Below, piece after piece: positions 47,207 through 61,306 of a stretch of 64,000 nt of DNA; positions within the stretch are counted from its first letter, which is position 1; every line of letters starts with the position of its first letter. The translations under genes were made by a program, and so were the position numbers. This DNA comes from Schmidtea nova. Its lineage: Eukaryota. The notes beneath the pieces were generated by a model, which ran no database searches, was not told where the DNA came from, and saw only the letters and a program-made list of their open reading frames with translations. The stretch covers positions 232,562,001-232,626,000 of the forward strand of contig CM097882.1 of assembly GCA_044892505.1 (NCBI GenBank), given 5' to 3'.

Positions 47207-48625
47207 CGTAGTGCGTTCAATAATTACCTGGACTAGGCACAAAAGGAAACCAACACGACGGTGTATTTACACATAAGAACAACAAGGGTATTTAGGCTAT
47301 ATTTTTCAATTTTTCAATTTAAGAACCAAGTTCCAAAAATGTATTTCTGAAGGAAATTGAGATTTGATTTTTCAAGAAAAGTTTTATATCCTGTTGCAAA
47401 TTTGCAGGCTTTTGAAATATTTTTTCCTAGCAAATGTTTCTTCATAAGCCTGAAAAGAAAGGTCGTTGGGTGCAAGATCAATACTGAAAGAGAGTGATTT
47501 ATGAGAATAAATTTATTTTTCTCAGTTATTGCCATTGTTTCCCTAGTTTTGTGGATTGGAGCATTGTCTTGAAGAAGCCATAAAAGGAGATCGTTTGGCT
47601 TTAGGTGATTATGTCTGCATGTATCCATGGGGTTGCTCTAGTAGGTGGAATTAATTCACAGACCTTTTTCAGCAAAATCTTTACAGATTATGCCATTGAC
47701 CTCAAAATTTGCCAATATAAATGATTTTCGATGAACTCTCATCTTCCTGGAACTAGTTTTTCAACTGCATTTTACTGGACTCAGTGTTTGTCTTAGAAAC
47801 ATACGGTGAATAATTGGTGTCATTCACAGTAATGATATTTACCTGGGATTGGTCACCATGTTCAAAAAAATGTAAAGGCTTGTCTGGCAGTACTTCTGCG
47901 GTTGTCACACATCTCAGTGAAAAGGAAACACGAGACAGATCTGGGTGGTAATTATCTTACATCAGATTCATTCAAGATGGCATGATCATCTCCAATACTC
48001 ACATTCGACCTTTGGGAGATATTCTTGATAGTGATTAGGCGTTCTTCCAAAATTTGCAAACATTCCTCTCATTTTGGTAAAATATTTCACAAGGATGATA
48101 AACTTTCTGTTCAACAAACATTGATTAGTGACCATATTTGAACTGGCTAATACAATTGTGTATTGTGGTACGAGATGTAAATATAATGCTATAATCTGTC
48201 TGCAACTGATTTAATATTTACTGACTTTTATAATAATGTAAATCAAAGAATTTAAAAAACACTTCGATACTTGAGAAGTTATAGCATGATTTGAAAAATA
48301 AATTGAAAATGTGATCTCCTACGCTCCTCTACAGATGCATATTAAAAACAAACTACAGGTCAAATCTCGTTGTAACGAAGCTCACGGGACTGAGTAAACT
48401 GTTTCGTTATACTGAAAATTTGTTATAGTGAGTATGTATGGATGTTCGTCGGGGACAAATTATAGATTTGTTATACTGGAAATTTCGTTTCTTCGGTATT
48501 CGTTACATCGAGATTTGACCTGTATAATTTTGTAACCATAGATAATATATTATGATTTCACTAGAATCATGTTAAAATACTATTATTTTTATAGGTTTGT
48601 GTGGGTACTTATTGACCACACTGCG
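47207..48625 (-). mobile_element. Decayed mariner element with MITE insertion
   Basis: TIRs TA|cgtagtgcgttcaataattacc and gggtacttattgaccacactgcg|TA; LQDNAPIH motif. About 1.25 kb after removing the MITE. Confidence 0.75.
48356..48522. mobile_element. MITE (TIR CAGGTCAAATCTCG, TA TSD), 167 bp
   Basis: TA|caggtcaaatctcg...cgagatttgacctg|TA. Confidence 0.9.
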
Positions 48626-49288
48626 TATCTCACATTATATAAGCGACAGTCTCAAACGATACAACACTTCATGAATATAGAGGAAATATTATTGAAATCA
48701 AAAAAGAAATATAAATATGCAAAAGATCAAAAAGATCAATTACTAAAAATATAAGCTGAATGGAAAAGTCCATTTCCGGAGTAATTAAGTAACTAACCTC
48801 CAAGAATTAAAATCTTTTTGTTAGTCCCAAAGAAAATTATTAATATAATATGTACTCCTTTGGCAGTTCCACTGATATGAACTGATTGTAGCTTTTCTAT
48901 ATATAGCTTGATGGAAAATTCAAATTTTAGACATCATTTCTAGTTTAGAATTAAACACGTAAGGAGAATATTCTTTAAACCTTTGCAAACTAAAAATGAA
49001 TAAGTGACTTGAATTCATGAATTCATGAAATCGTTATTATAAAAAGAGGAAAACATCAAGACTTTTATCTTTAACATCCTATGTCAGCCTTTATTTATTT
49101 AGTAGAATTAAGTCATTATTGAGAGGCCAAGGAAAAATATAAAACACATGTAGTCTGTTTCTGTTTACCTTAAAAGTTTACTGATTAAAAAATATATCCC
49201 AATATTTCTCGACTGGTTCTCGTTTCTCCAAAAAACAAATAAATAAAAATACATTTTAAATGTTTGTGTTTTTCAGTTCGACAAAGAA

Positions 49289-52200
49289 TCCATATAATAA
49301 TTACGCTCATCACTGATTCACTGACTGATTCACTGACTGATTCTATAACGCTCGCTGATTGGTTGATTCTAACACTATGATATCTTTTTGATATCTTTAT
49401 GATATCTTTTTATCTTTACTCTCATTATCTCATTATCTATTATCAATACAGTTTTCATAAATGTATGGGTAGGTTTGATTTTTTACTTCATTGTTTATTT
49501 TTTTAGATTTTCAGTTTTTTGAAGATGTCATCAGTATCATTTGTTAGATGCACGACGAAGAATTCTCGAATCCATATCATTATCAATTTTTTAAAAATAT
49601 TTTCCAGCATGGTTATGAGCATATTTTCTTTATAATTGGGTATATTTGTGATTAGATCTGCATTGTTTTACAAATCCAGTTAAATTAAATATAATTTTTA
49701 TTCGAAACCTCTTATATTGTGCCTAAAATTTTATGTATTTCTAACATATTCGTTGTTTTTTACAAATTTGTTTGAATGGTTTTATTTGAATGGTTTTATT
49801 TGAATGGTTTTATTTGAATAGTTTGAATGATTGTGTATCAGAATTTAATTTTATCTATTTTATCTGTATCAATCGTTACTAAATAAAATATGTTTTTTAC
49901 AGTTGTCACAAATATGGATGAAACTCCTGCTTCCAGGAAGCGTCGTTTGGCAAATGAAAGACAGAAGAGATGGCTTGCAAATCAAAGCCAGGAATCACGT
50001 GCAAAAATTCGTTCTTTAGATAACATGGCTCATCAAGAACGCATTGCTCAAATGACACCTGAAAATCTAGCGGTTTTTCATGCCTCTCATGCTGAATCTC
50101 AACAACGATACATAGAAGGAATGTCTTCCCAACAATTAATTGCTCATCGAGCCGTTCACGCTGAATCTCAACAGCAATATGTCGACAGATTAACGCCTCA
50201 ACAATTGCAAGATCTTCGCACTTCCAACAGATATTCGTCAAAATCATCTTGCTAATGATCAGTGCCGTCGACACATTCTTGATAGAATTGATCGTTTTTT
50301 TTCGAGAAAATAATAGAATCGCGACAAGTTATATGCTTATGCATGAAATCGAAGCAAGAGAAACCGAAGAAGCAGCTCAATCAGGACTACAAATTCCAAT
50401 CGTCAGCATGGCGTTGCGTCGTGATAGACAATCGGATCAGCGTCGATATAACGCACCAACATCCAATGAAATCGCAATGATTTTTGTAAATGAAGATGGC
50501 GAGCCGCCGTTCGAGCGTGACATTCACATTTATCCAAAAAATCCGCAAGATCCAAATCACTACTTTATCAATCTCCACATTCTTTCACCAAATATGGATC
50601 CGATGACCTACTCAATTCTTTTTCCTTATGGCGAGCCAGGCTGGCAACCAAATTGGCAATGCGATTCATACGAAGGTGCTCAATTGAATAGAGTTCGCAC
50701 TAACATTAGCATGTTGCAATTCAAATGTGCATTAACGTCGATTCGCGATAGTCAATTTAATCCTGTCATCAACGCTGGAAAATTGACACAACAATGGTTG
50801 GTTGATTCATATCTGCAAGTAGAGGCCAACAATTTGAATTATATTAAACAGAAACAACAACGTCTTCGAGCTGAACAATATTCTGGACTTTCAGATCATA
50901 TGGCTAATTTAGCACAAGAATCGAATCTAGCACCTGGTGTTTCAGTCATTCTTCCTTCGAGCTTTGAAGGATCACCGCGAAACATGCGTGAGCGATGTTG
51001 CGATTCCATGTCAATATTTTCAAAATTGGGTGCTCCGGATTTATTCATCACATTTACTCCAAATCCGAAATGCAAAGAAATTACCGAAAATTTGCGTCGT
51101 GGTGAACAAGTGAGTGACAGACCTGATTTGGTTGCACGAGCTTTCAAAATCAAACTTGATTCATTGATTGATGATTTGACAAAGAATGGTATTTTCGGAA
51201 AGTCAATTGCTTATGTTTATTCAATTGAATTTCAAAAGCGTGGTCTACCACATGCTCATATTCTGATTACACTTGCGGCAGAGCATAAATTTACAACAGC
51301 TCAAAGGATTGACGAAATTGTCTCTGCCGAAATACCATCACAAGAAAGCAATCCACGTCTGAGAGAAATCGTGTTGCGATGCATGATGCACGGCCCGTGT
51401 GGCCCAAGATTTCCAAACGCGCCATGCATGTCTGATGGAAAATGTTCGAAAAACTTTCCAAAACAATTCAATGACTCTACATCTCCAAATGTTAATGGCT
51501 ATCCATCCTACCGACGTCGATCAACTGAGCAAGCAGAAGTCAGAGGTTTACAAATGGACAGTCGAAATGTTGTGCCTTACAACCCATATTTAGCACTTAA
51601 GTACAACGCCTACATAAACGTCGAAGTCTGCACATCTCTTCGCGCCATCAAATATATATATAAATACATATTCAAGGGATTCGACTGCGCTAATGTTGCC
51701 ATAACATCGAATGGAGAGCCAGAATTGAGATACAATGAGATCACTAATTTTATAAACTGTCGATATGTGAGTGCACCAGAAGCAATTTGGCGTTTACGAG
51801 AATACCCCATGCACGATCGATCTCACAGTGTGATGAGACTTCCAGTCCATTTACCGAATCAGCAAAGAGTCATGTTTCAAGAAGGACATGAGGAAAATGC
51901 ATTATTAAGAGCACAAACAGGATCAACTAAGCTTCAATCGTGGTTCAAACTCAATAAAAATGACATGAATGCTCGACAATATCTATACACTGAAATCCCT
52001 CATCACTACGTATTTTCAAAGGGAAATTGGCAAGTACGCAAGCGAGGCGGTGAAAAAGTTGTCGCAAGAATGTATACAGTTGGAGTAAAGGATGAAGAGC
52101 GTTTCTATTTGAGAATTTTATTGCTACACGTACGTGGTGCTACGAGTTTTGAATCGTTGAGAACAGTAGATGGCGTTGTTCAAGATTCTTTCAAAAATGC

Positions 52201-54135
52201 AGCTGCAGCGAGAGGCTTGCTTGAATCTGATGATGAATGGAATAACTGTTTAATAGATGGCGCCATATATTTAATGCCTAAACAACTAAGAGAAATGTTC
52301 GCATATATTTGTTGTTTTTGTCAGCCTTCTCGACCTCTCACGTTATGGCAAAATCACGTTGATGATTTCATACTTGACTACTTGAGAAATGATCCAGAAG
52401 ATGTCGCGATCAACAAAGCTCTTCATGACATTAACTCAATGCTTAAGCAGCATGGATTATCATGTGGAAGTATTGGCTTGCCAATACCAACAGGACACGC
52501 TCATGTCAACAATGATCAGACATTTGACATTTTGGAAGAGGATCAAGATGCTGAAGAACGAATGTCAAAACTTAATGAGAAACAATTCGATGTATTTAAT
52601 CAAATCATAAGAACAATTCACAGTCCAAATTTAAGAACTCGATGTTTTTATGTTGATGGTCCAGGTGGCTCTGGCAAAACATATCTTTATGAGACACTTT
52701 TAGCATGCCTTCGAGGTCGAGGAGAAATCGCATTAGTATTTGCCACAACTGGAATTGCATCAACATTACTCAAGGGTGGAAGGACAGTTCATAGTGGCTT
52801 CAAATTGCCTGTGCCATTGCTTGATACGTCTGTCTCATCTATGCGACTGAATTCACCTGAAGCTGAAAATTTCAGAAACGCCTCTCTTATTTTGATTGAT
52901 GAGATCACAATGTTGCCGAAAAATGGATTACGTTGCATCAACAACCTACTGAAAGAAATAATGAACAACAAAGCGAGTTTTGGTGGCAAAACAATTGTTG
53001 TAGGTGTAGATTTTCGACAGACGCTTCCAGTCGTTCCCCGAGGCACACGTACAGATATTATTGAATGCTGTATTAAATCGAGTCCATTATGGAATGATTT
53101 TGAACAACTTACTCTATCGACAAATATGCGAAGTGAAGGTCAAAATGAGCAAAACGATTGGCTTCTAAAAATCGGCTCTGCAAAATTGCCCCGAGTAGCA
53201 GGAATATACGAAGAAGATATTGTTGAAATTCCTACAGAAATAATATCGACTGGTGATTTGATCGAGACAATTTTCGGCGATTTACAGCATATGTCGGTTC
53301 AAGAACTTTCCAAACGAGTCATTGTCGCACCAACAAATGCACAAACGTTGAATATGAATAGAAAGATAATTGATTTGATCGATGGTGACTCTCAAATCTA
53401 TTACAGTGCCGACTCAGTTGTCAGTGAAGATCCAAACGATGCACTCAATTTTCCTGTTGAATTTTTAAATGAACAAACTCCATCAGGCATGCCTCCTCAT
53501 GTATTATTGCTAAAGAAAGGTGTCGTTATCATGCTGCTGAGAAATTTAAACCCCAAAAAAAGGACTGTGCAACGGAACTCGATTGATTGTGGAAGATCCA
53601 GGACGAAATTTAATTAGAGCAAGAATCATTTCCACATGCAATCGCAATGATATTGTGTTAATTCCTAGAATTGATCTCGCTCCAGCTGACACAACATTAC
53701 CATTCATATTAAAACGCCGCCAATTCCCGATAATTCCCGCGAACGCTATAACAAGAAACAAGTCACAGGGCCAGTCATTCGATCATGTTGGCATTCATTT
53801 GGAGACTGCAGTATTTTCGCAGGGTCAATTGTATGTGGCTTTATCACGATCAAGAGTTGCAAGCCAAGTGAAAGTGTTCATTGAATCAAATCCACAGCAA
53901 GGAAATTTATTGAATGACGAGAGACAATTCACACGCAATGTAGTTTTTCAAGAAGTTCTTCAATAAAAACAATTTTTTTGTCAATTTTTTTTTCATTCCA
54001 TATATATAACAGAAATAATTTTCAAATTGCTTAAGAATACAAGAAATTGAATTTTTAATAAATATTTTGTATGTCAAACTGTTCATTTATTTTATGATTT
54101 GTCAACGGGCGCCTTAGGCGCCTTGCAATTAACTA

Positions 54136-54136
<1 letters not shown>
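49289..54136 (+). mobile_element. Helitron (~4.85 kb)
   Basis: Probable 5' A|TC (tccatataataat) followed by (ACTG)-type repeats. 3' GGCGCC-TTA-GGCGCC hairpin (54108-54122) then CTAG (54133-54136). RepHel ORF inside. Confidence 0.85.
49890..53966 (+). pseudogene. Helitron Rep-helicase (HUH-Y2 + PIF1-type), frameshifted
   Basis: LFITFT, IEFQKRGLPHAHIL, YIYKYIFKG; GPGGSGKT, LIDEITM, DFRQTLPV, KSQGQS, GQLYVALSR. Frame breaks near 50222, 50295-50302 (T8) and 53555-53561 (A7). Confidence 0.93.

Positions 54137-54203
<67 letters not shown>
54137..54203. repeat. (TA)n microsatellite after the Helitron 3' end
   Basis: Direct reading. Confidence 0.9.
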
Positions 54204-54208
<5 letters not shown>

Positions 54209-54341
54209 TAAATATATAAAATAAATAAAATTTTATTTTTAATCAAAAACATGGTTCCAATTATTATTGTACCAGAAATTTATAAATTATATTTTTAAAC
54301 GTTTTCTGAGTAATTAATGAATCGAGTAAATTATTTGTTTA

Positions 54342-55242
54342 TTTCTTTCAACCTTTTTAAACATTTAATTGACTAGCATTTCATTTATTAGAAAAAAAAC
54401 ATGAAAATTAAAGCAAGTTTAATATTTAAAAACCATTAAAATTATCTGGCAGTCGATTTGATCACCGAAAACTTGTTTATTTCCCAGCCATTGTCTCAAA
54501 AGTTTTGAGTTTTATTTTAATTTTACAGCTAAGAAATAATTTATTTGAAGTAAATGAACTCATTTTTATTTACAATAAAATTATTTACATTATTATTTAA
54601 ATTTTATTTACAATATAAAATTAAATAGATAAATAAATTCTACTGAAGTGTTGGGAATTTCACGATGTCTGGTTATCAAACATAAAGTTACTATCAAAAA
54701 GGACGAAATTTTATTTCTAAATATTGCTTTCGGAAAAGGACATAAATTCAAATATCGCAAATAGTTTCAATTAAGATAAAATATATTTAATATTTTACGA
54801 AATATTTTTTTTGTTTGGACAATTTTTAATAGTAAGATTATTAAAACATTCGCTGCCAATAGTTTTAATTAAAGCTTGGCCAATTAATCGGTAATATTCA
54901 CAATCGAGTCAATTATCAGGACAATCGACAAACGGCCGCCAAGCCGGGCCAATTGCTCAAGATCAGGAATCCATAATACTTACCAAACTCAACATTATTC
55001 GGACCCGATAACAAAATTATAAATTCCAAAAACAATAAATATATTAATTGAATGTGAATATTTATGTCAAAAAATATCAAAGAAATATACAGTGCTATTG
55101 GATATATACTGAGTAATTATAGTGACTAGAAAGTTTTAAATACTAGACTACTAGTGAAGTTGCTTCTTAGGTTAATAGTCTGTATATACATGTGATCAGT
55201 GACTAGCATACTGGCATTGAGACGGTATAAAACATGAACACA
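54342..55242 (-). repeat. Right arm of ~0.9-kb inverted duplication (partner 37561-38474)
   Basis: Reverse complement of the left arm. Confidence 0.9.
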
Positions 55243-58011
55243 CAGAAAAAGCAAAGCAATGATTAAAAAATTTAACATTCGTAGACAATCGGTATCAGCT
55301 TCACAATAAGATGTTCTCATAATCGGAAAAAAGTGCAATCGGTCAAGCATTAGTTTTAATGTTCATTTCTAAACCCATTTAGCGACTGATATATCATAGC
55401 AGTGTGTTAAGTTTAAAATAAATGATTTAAATAAAATTTAATAACAAATTTAACTTTTGTTAAAATTACTGCACATATATACACACGAATACCTAGAAAA
55501 TAGATGACAATTGGTATAACATCACATAACTTTGACTTTGTATCGAATGCGTTAACGTGTTAACAGTCACGCATGTTTTACTCAGGGGCTTAAATTAAAA
55601 ATTTTTGACTAAGCTTTAATTCTTTTAGTTTATGATATTTAACTTGTTTAATTATTCTAAAAATATAGAAGTCAAAATCATAGAAGATTACCACGACCCC
55701 ACTGGTAAGATGAGCACCGTCACCGGTAGCTAGCACGACAGAGGTGTTTCATTTTATCATTTTTAATAGTTTAACAATTAAGAACACAATTTTACATTGA
55801 ATCGAACATGACTGCTTTGAGAAATAATGTTATTAAATAAAAAAATAAAATTGCTCAAAATACAAGAATTGATTTAAAAATTAAAAAATAATTATAAAAC
55901 ATTTTTAACCCTCTAATGCCACAATTTTGTTTCGAGATTTTTCTATTTCTCTTAAAAAACGCACTTCGAACTGATGCACTACTATAACGGACCGTTATAC
56001 AAAAAAAAACTAATACATAGGCTGCTATTCGACTACAATGTGGCAAGAAAATTTTATGGATAACGGTTTAGATGTTCATGCTATCATAGTTTTGGGAAGG
56101 CCCGCCTTGAGGCGGATTTACGTATTAGAGGGTTAAGTCAAAAAGAAGCATTTGATCTATTTAGAAAATTTCATATAAAATTAAAAAAAAATTTGGAACG
56201 TATTTTAAAAAGTATTGAATATCTTATGGATGAAATATTAAAAACTATAGAATTATAACTATTACGGAATTCTTGTTGGATGCAGAATTTCGGAAAATTT
56301 TTATTTGAATTGATTTTAAACATATCTCAAGAAAATATTTTAATTAATTACAATAAAAAGAGGTCATTTTTTATTTTTTTCAAGTTTTCATTGAATAAAT
56401 CTTTAGAACTTATTCCTATTTAGTTGATATGGAGTCAGATGAGTAAACACTAATTGCTTCTAAGAGTTCACAAATTATATAACCATAAAACTGGTTCTCA
56501 TTTTAAAAATTATTTTTAAAAATAAAATAATTTTTTAAACAATTATTGTAAAAAGACAAAACTGTTTTTTGCAAATCTATAACAATATTTTACAAAAAAT
56601 TATATTTTACATTTACAATGTGATTTTATCAGGATCTTGTCAATATTTATTAGATAAAATAATAAAAAAACATAAAGAAACATAAAGAAACACGATGATA
56701 TTTGTAAAAAATAAATAAATTAATAATGCTTATTTATAATAATTATTAAAACTCTAGAGTCTTTTTGTTTTAGTCTTCTATCAAAAATCAGACAAATTAA
56801 TGATTTCTTTGAATTACACATCAAAAATGATTTTAAAACAAAATTCATTTCGAATTTCAACATAAAATAAATAAAACTATAAAATATTTACAATCAGAAT
56901 TAATTGAAATTTTAAAATAATTAGGTAAATATTTATATGGAATTTGACATCCAAAACTAATAAATACTCATTTGACACGTTTTGTTTTAATTTTTTAACT
57001 GTTTTTGGAAATTAAAGTAAATAACTCATTCCAAAATGAAAATTACTACAATTTTTATCTATAAATTTATCTCGGGTTTAAATGTGTGAAAATTATTTCA
57101 AAAAAGCTAAATAACATTTTCTAAAGATTTAAAAATAAGATTTTTTAATATATTAATATAACATATTTTAAGCTATTTGTGTTTAAGGTCTTATTTCAGT
57201 ATTTTGGTTTCTAGGAAATCCGGGAATGCTAATATTACCAAATGAAGAACAAGCTGGTACAAATTTGTGGAATACTGACAATTTTGCCCTAATTGATATT
57301 TTTTTTTCTTTTAATAAATTTTATTTTCGTTCAAATTTTATAAAAGTAATTCAAAATCTTTGATGTCTCATATTAATATTAAAAAAAAGATACAAAAAAA
57401 TTATTTTTTTTCCCAGCAATTAACAATATTTTCATAGCGCATTATCAACCTAGTGTTAACTGTAATGTAATATAATTTTATTCAAACTACCGTGATTAAC
57501 AAATTAAATTGTGGAAATGAACGCGATATCACACGTGGGTCTCATGCGATTAGCAGTCACGAAAAAAGGATAATGTATAAAGTAAGAACATTAAAGTAAA
57601 CATTTTTTAACATTATTTATGTGGGATAAGATTTCAATTGCGAACAGACCATAAATAAATTACTTTAGTGTTAACGATGCCAAACCAATAACAACACAGT
57701 TCCAAATGTGGATTAATTATTTGAGTAGTTTGAACAGAAAGATGGAACTCAGAACAAGGGTAGACCATGGAATTACAGATATGTTGTCAAAAAAGACATG
57801 TGAAACGTGTGCACAATGCATAATGGCAAAAGAACTCATAAGCGGATTTTTAAAAACACGATTATTAGCATTCACAACGAAAGATAACAAAATCAAATGG
57901 CAAAAAGATAATAAAAAGATCCAAGAAATAAAGAAACAATATAGAAAGAGTCATAAGTGATAAAATTATTATCAATGAAGACATTAAATAAATAAATAAA
58001 TAAATATATAC

Positions 58012-58044
58012 ACACTTGATAAAGGCTGTGCCGAAATATTGTGT
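58012..58044 (+). ncRNA. Minimal type I hammerhead motif (U3-A8 variant) in a solo PLE family-2 tail (~58005-58120)
   Basis: ACAC-TTGATAA-A-GGC-tgt-GCC-GAAA-TATT-GTGT; tail continues ...gtcattatgagaattattgataat+(TA)n. Confidence 0.6.
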
Positions 58045-58113
58045 TATTGTTTATAAAAATATAAAAATAAAAAAAAAATTTTTGATCTAAAGTCATTATG
58101 AGAATTATTGATA

Positions 58114-58150
<37 letters not shown>

Positions 58151-58469
58151 AATGATTCTGTACTTACAGTTGTTATTATTTCCTATTTAGTCTTAATAGT
58201 GAGTGCCTTCGTTCTGTCATAACATACATTTCGAAATTACAAATTTTGCTTCTTTTATCTAAATTTCATTTAATGCAATTAATTACTTTTTGCACTCTTC
58301 CATAATGTATGTTTTTTTTATCAAATCTCGCATTTTTTATTTTAATATTTTGTTTTAATATTTTGTTGTTTGTTCCTGTTAATGTTTGCATTAGGATCAT
58401 AAAAAAAGGAAGTGAACATTTTCAAAACAGAGAAAGATCATTTGGCACTGTATCTAGGTACGGGTCAAA

Positions 58470-59200
58470 TACTAAAGGCGATGCACCACGTAACTGTCAG
58501 TGATGTCATTCCATGAATTTCTTACCTAAGACACGACCTCTGTAGGCTAAGCTTAACACAGTTTCCTTTTTGATTTCTCTCCCTTCACTTTCCAATGTGG
58601 TCATTGATTTCTATGCGCAAGTAGTCTTTGAAAGGCTTATATATTGGAATATCAAGAGTCTCGAGATATATATTTGTTGCGGCCGGAATCATTATTTGAC
58701 TTATTTTTCTCTATTCAAGAAAGTTTTACGTGTTTCTAGTGCAGTGAGTGCTGGTAGAATTCCTGTCTAACAGACAACTTTGACCACTTAGCAAAACAAG
58801 TGACTGCGATAAATCGACACATTTCTTTGTCGCTTCCGTTTCAAGAATATAAATGCCTAAAACACATTCAATCTTATCTTTCCTACGTAACATACATTTC
58901 TTTTGATCTAGGCGAATTTCCAAAATACAGCATACACATTAACCTCCGTAACCAGTGGAAGGAATGTAGATTGACGAGGTACCCCTTTCATCAACTGTGG
59001 TTCGAGGTTCTTGGCCTATAAATTTTGCTGTTTAATATATAGCAATAATTCTAAAAAGTTAGTATTTGGAAAGGTCAATGTCATTATCAAAGGATTTGAA
59101 CGCAATTGTACGTTTTATAACTCTACTATCATCCAAATTGAACCATGTTGTCAACGTTCTTAGAAACATTTCATTTCTACTAAGGGAACTCCAAATGCCA
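58470..59200 (-). pseudogene. pogo-family (DDE_1) transposase remnant
   Basis: FLRTLTT..., TTVDERGTSSIYIPSTGY, CILEIRLD, RNSTSTHC, IMIPAATNIYLETLDIPIYKPFKDYLRIEIND, NQKGNCVK, RNSWNDITDS. Confidence 0.75.
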
Positions 59201-61276
59201 TTGTCCTGATACTTTGAATTCTTATGAATATATATCTAATTTTCGTGCCTATATAAAAGAAAGTTCTTAAATATCAGTCCTGCGTATAATAAAAGCTTTT
59301 GCTCTCTTGTGAACAATCCATCGATAACTCTTTTTAAGAGTTCCCTTCGTCTGTCTGTTGACTATGGTTATTGTATTCTGCTTGCCATTTTTGAACCATT
59401 CCAAGAACCAATGACTTTTATTTTCAAAAATCAATAACACCTAACACGATAACATTTATTTGAAGTTCAATACAATCACCAGAATTTGTCAATAGCAATT
59501 TTACCATTATCTGTACTTTCCTTTTAAGTTTAAGCAATAAGGCAAATTACTAGAAAGGAGATCGCGTTTTGAAGTATGCTTTAAATTATCTGATTAGCTA
59601 TGCACTTATGTTTTTCACTAACTCTATCTCAAAGTTTTAATCCATTGAAATTTCGATTCAATCTGTTCTCCCTTTAAAACTTTCTGGACTAAACTAACTT
59701 GTATTTTCCTTGGTTCTAATCAATTATTGAACAACCCAAAATATTCTGTCTTCGACCAACGTTTTCGACCAATCCGCTTTACATATCTCTACAACTTTAA
59801 TTTTATTTCTGGCCGGTGCTCTTAATGTGTCATCAATTCTAATTGTAATTTTTTCCATTCTTCAAGTCTCTTTTTCTAAGTTAATTTTTCTAAAACAACT
59901 CGGGACAACTTGGGTTTTCTTTTAATTGTCTAATTTCCCCTAGATAATTTAATAATTTTGTAAATGACTCAGATTTTCCATACTGCTCGAGTTTTCCATA
60001 AGCTCGGGTTTTCTGTTAGTTAATTAAGTTTTTAATTAGTTTGTATTTTCTTTATATTTACTTTTTGTAATATTTATTTCTTGATTTTACATTATTATAT
60101 TTGGATCCATTATAATATTTGGCATTCCCTTATACCTGTTTCTCTCGCAATTTGGTTATTTTTAATTAATTTAGCACTTAATTTATTACTTTTTGAATTT
60201 TGGATGTTTTTTATTGTTTCGCAATCAGTTTGTTGAGCATTTTATGTTATTTTATGCCTATTCAGACGAACCCAAACAATTTNNNNNNNNNNNNNNNNNN
60301 NNNNNNNNNNNNNNNNNNNNNNNNNNNNNNNNNNNNNNNNNNNNNNNNNNNNNNNNNNNNNNNNNNNNNNNNNNNNNNNNNNNNNNNNNNNNNNNNNNNN
60401 NNNNNNNNNNNNNNNNNNNNNNNNNNNNNNNNNNNNNNNNNNNNNNNNNNNNNNNNNNNNNNNNNNNNNNNNNNNNNNNNNNNNNNNNNNNNNNNNNNNN
60501 NNNNNNNNNNNNNNNNNNNNNNNNNNNNNNNNNNNNGGAGTTCAATATAAAGAAACTGTGCACGCCGTATCCCAATTATAAGAAACGAAATATTTCTTAT
60601 AATAAAAACCCAAAGCAAAGCCTGATTATTATTATTTAAATAAGTGAATGTTTTACGAAAACGGTTCGAATTTAAGTGTTATTTCTTCTTTAACGTAGAA
60701 CAGATATTATAAACATTCACACAAGTTGTAGTAATTTTTTACGACATATGCAACAACTGTTAATAAATAAATGTGGTTTAATTCCAAAAAATTAATTATT
60801 AAATAATTAAATCAAAAAATTCGATAAGTTAGTTTATTACATCCTAAAAATCAAATAATCCACATGGTGAAAAAGTAGGAAATCCAAATCAAGAAGAAAA
60901 AGTTAAAAGAGTAGAGGACAATCAAAGAGTAACAACGTCTACAAAATTGACAATTACTTCTTAATTCGTAAAAACGCCAGTCAAACAACCGTTTTAGTGT
61001 ATATTCCGATAAACTCATTGTCATCACCAGGTAGGTAATAAAAATATCAAATTAATAAACTTTCCAAAAAAAATTATGAATTTAAATTTTATGTTAAACA
61101 TTTCTTAAATGAAAAAAAGTAAATAAAGTCCGTGCCATTTTGTCCGGCCACCAATTTATAAATAATTTGAAAAGTTTATTAAATCTATATAGTTTTATTT
61201 TCCTTCATGATAGTGACATTGGACATGTTATAAAAAAAGCTTGTTTGAATAGCATCTATTATTAATAAAATCATAA

Positions 61277-61306
61277 CTGATGAGAGCCAAAAGTTCGAAA
61301 CTAGTC
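61277..61306 (+). ncRNA. Hammerhead catalytic core lacking a clear stem I
   Basis: CTGATGA-GAGC-caaaa-GTTC-GAAAC-TA-GTC: full core, stem II, palindromic ACTAGT stem III, GUC triplet. Confidence 0.45.

Noticed and set aside
58750-59250. Initially read as a degenerate Gypsy RT (IDLSKY, CYVGKI)
   Set aside because: Another frame gives a much better continuous pogo DDE_1 match (TTVDERGTSSIYIPSTGY...IPAATNIYLETLD..KPFKD).
7531-60639. ORF-track entries rich in X or YIYIYI
   Set aside because: They only span N gaps or (TA)n microsatellites.
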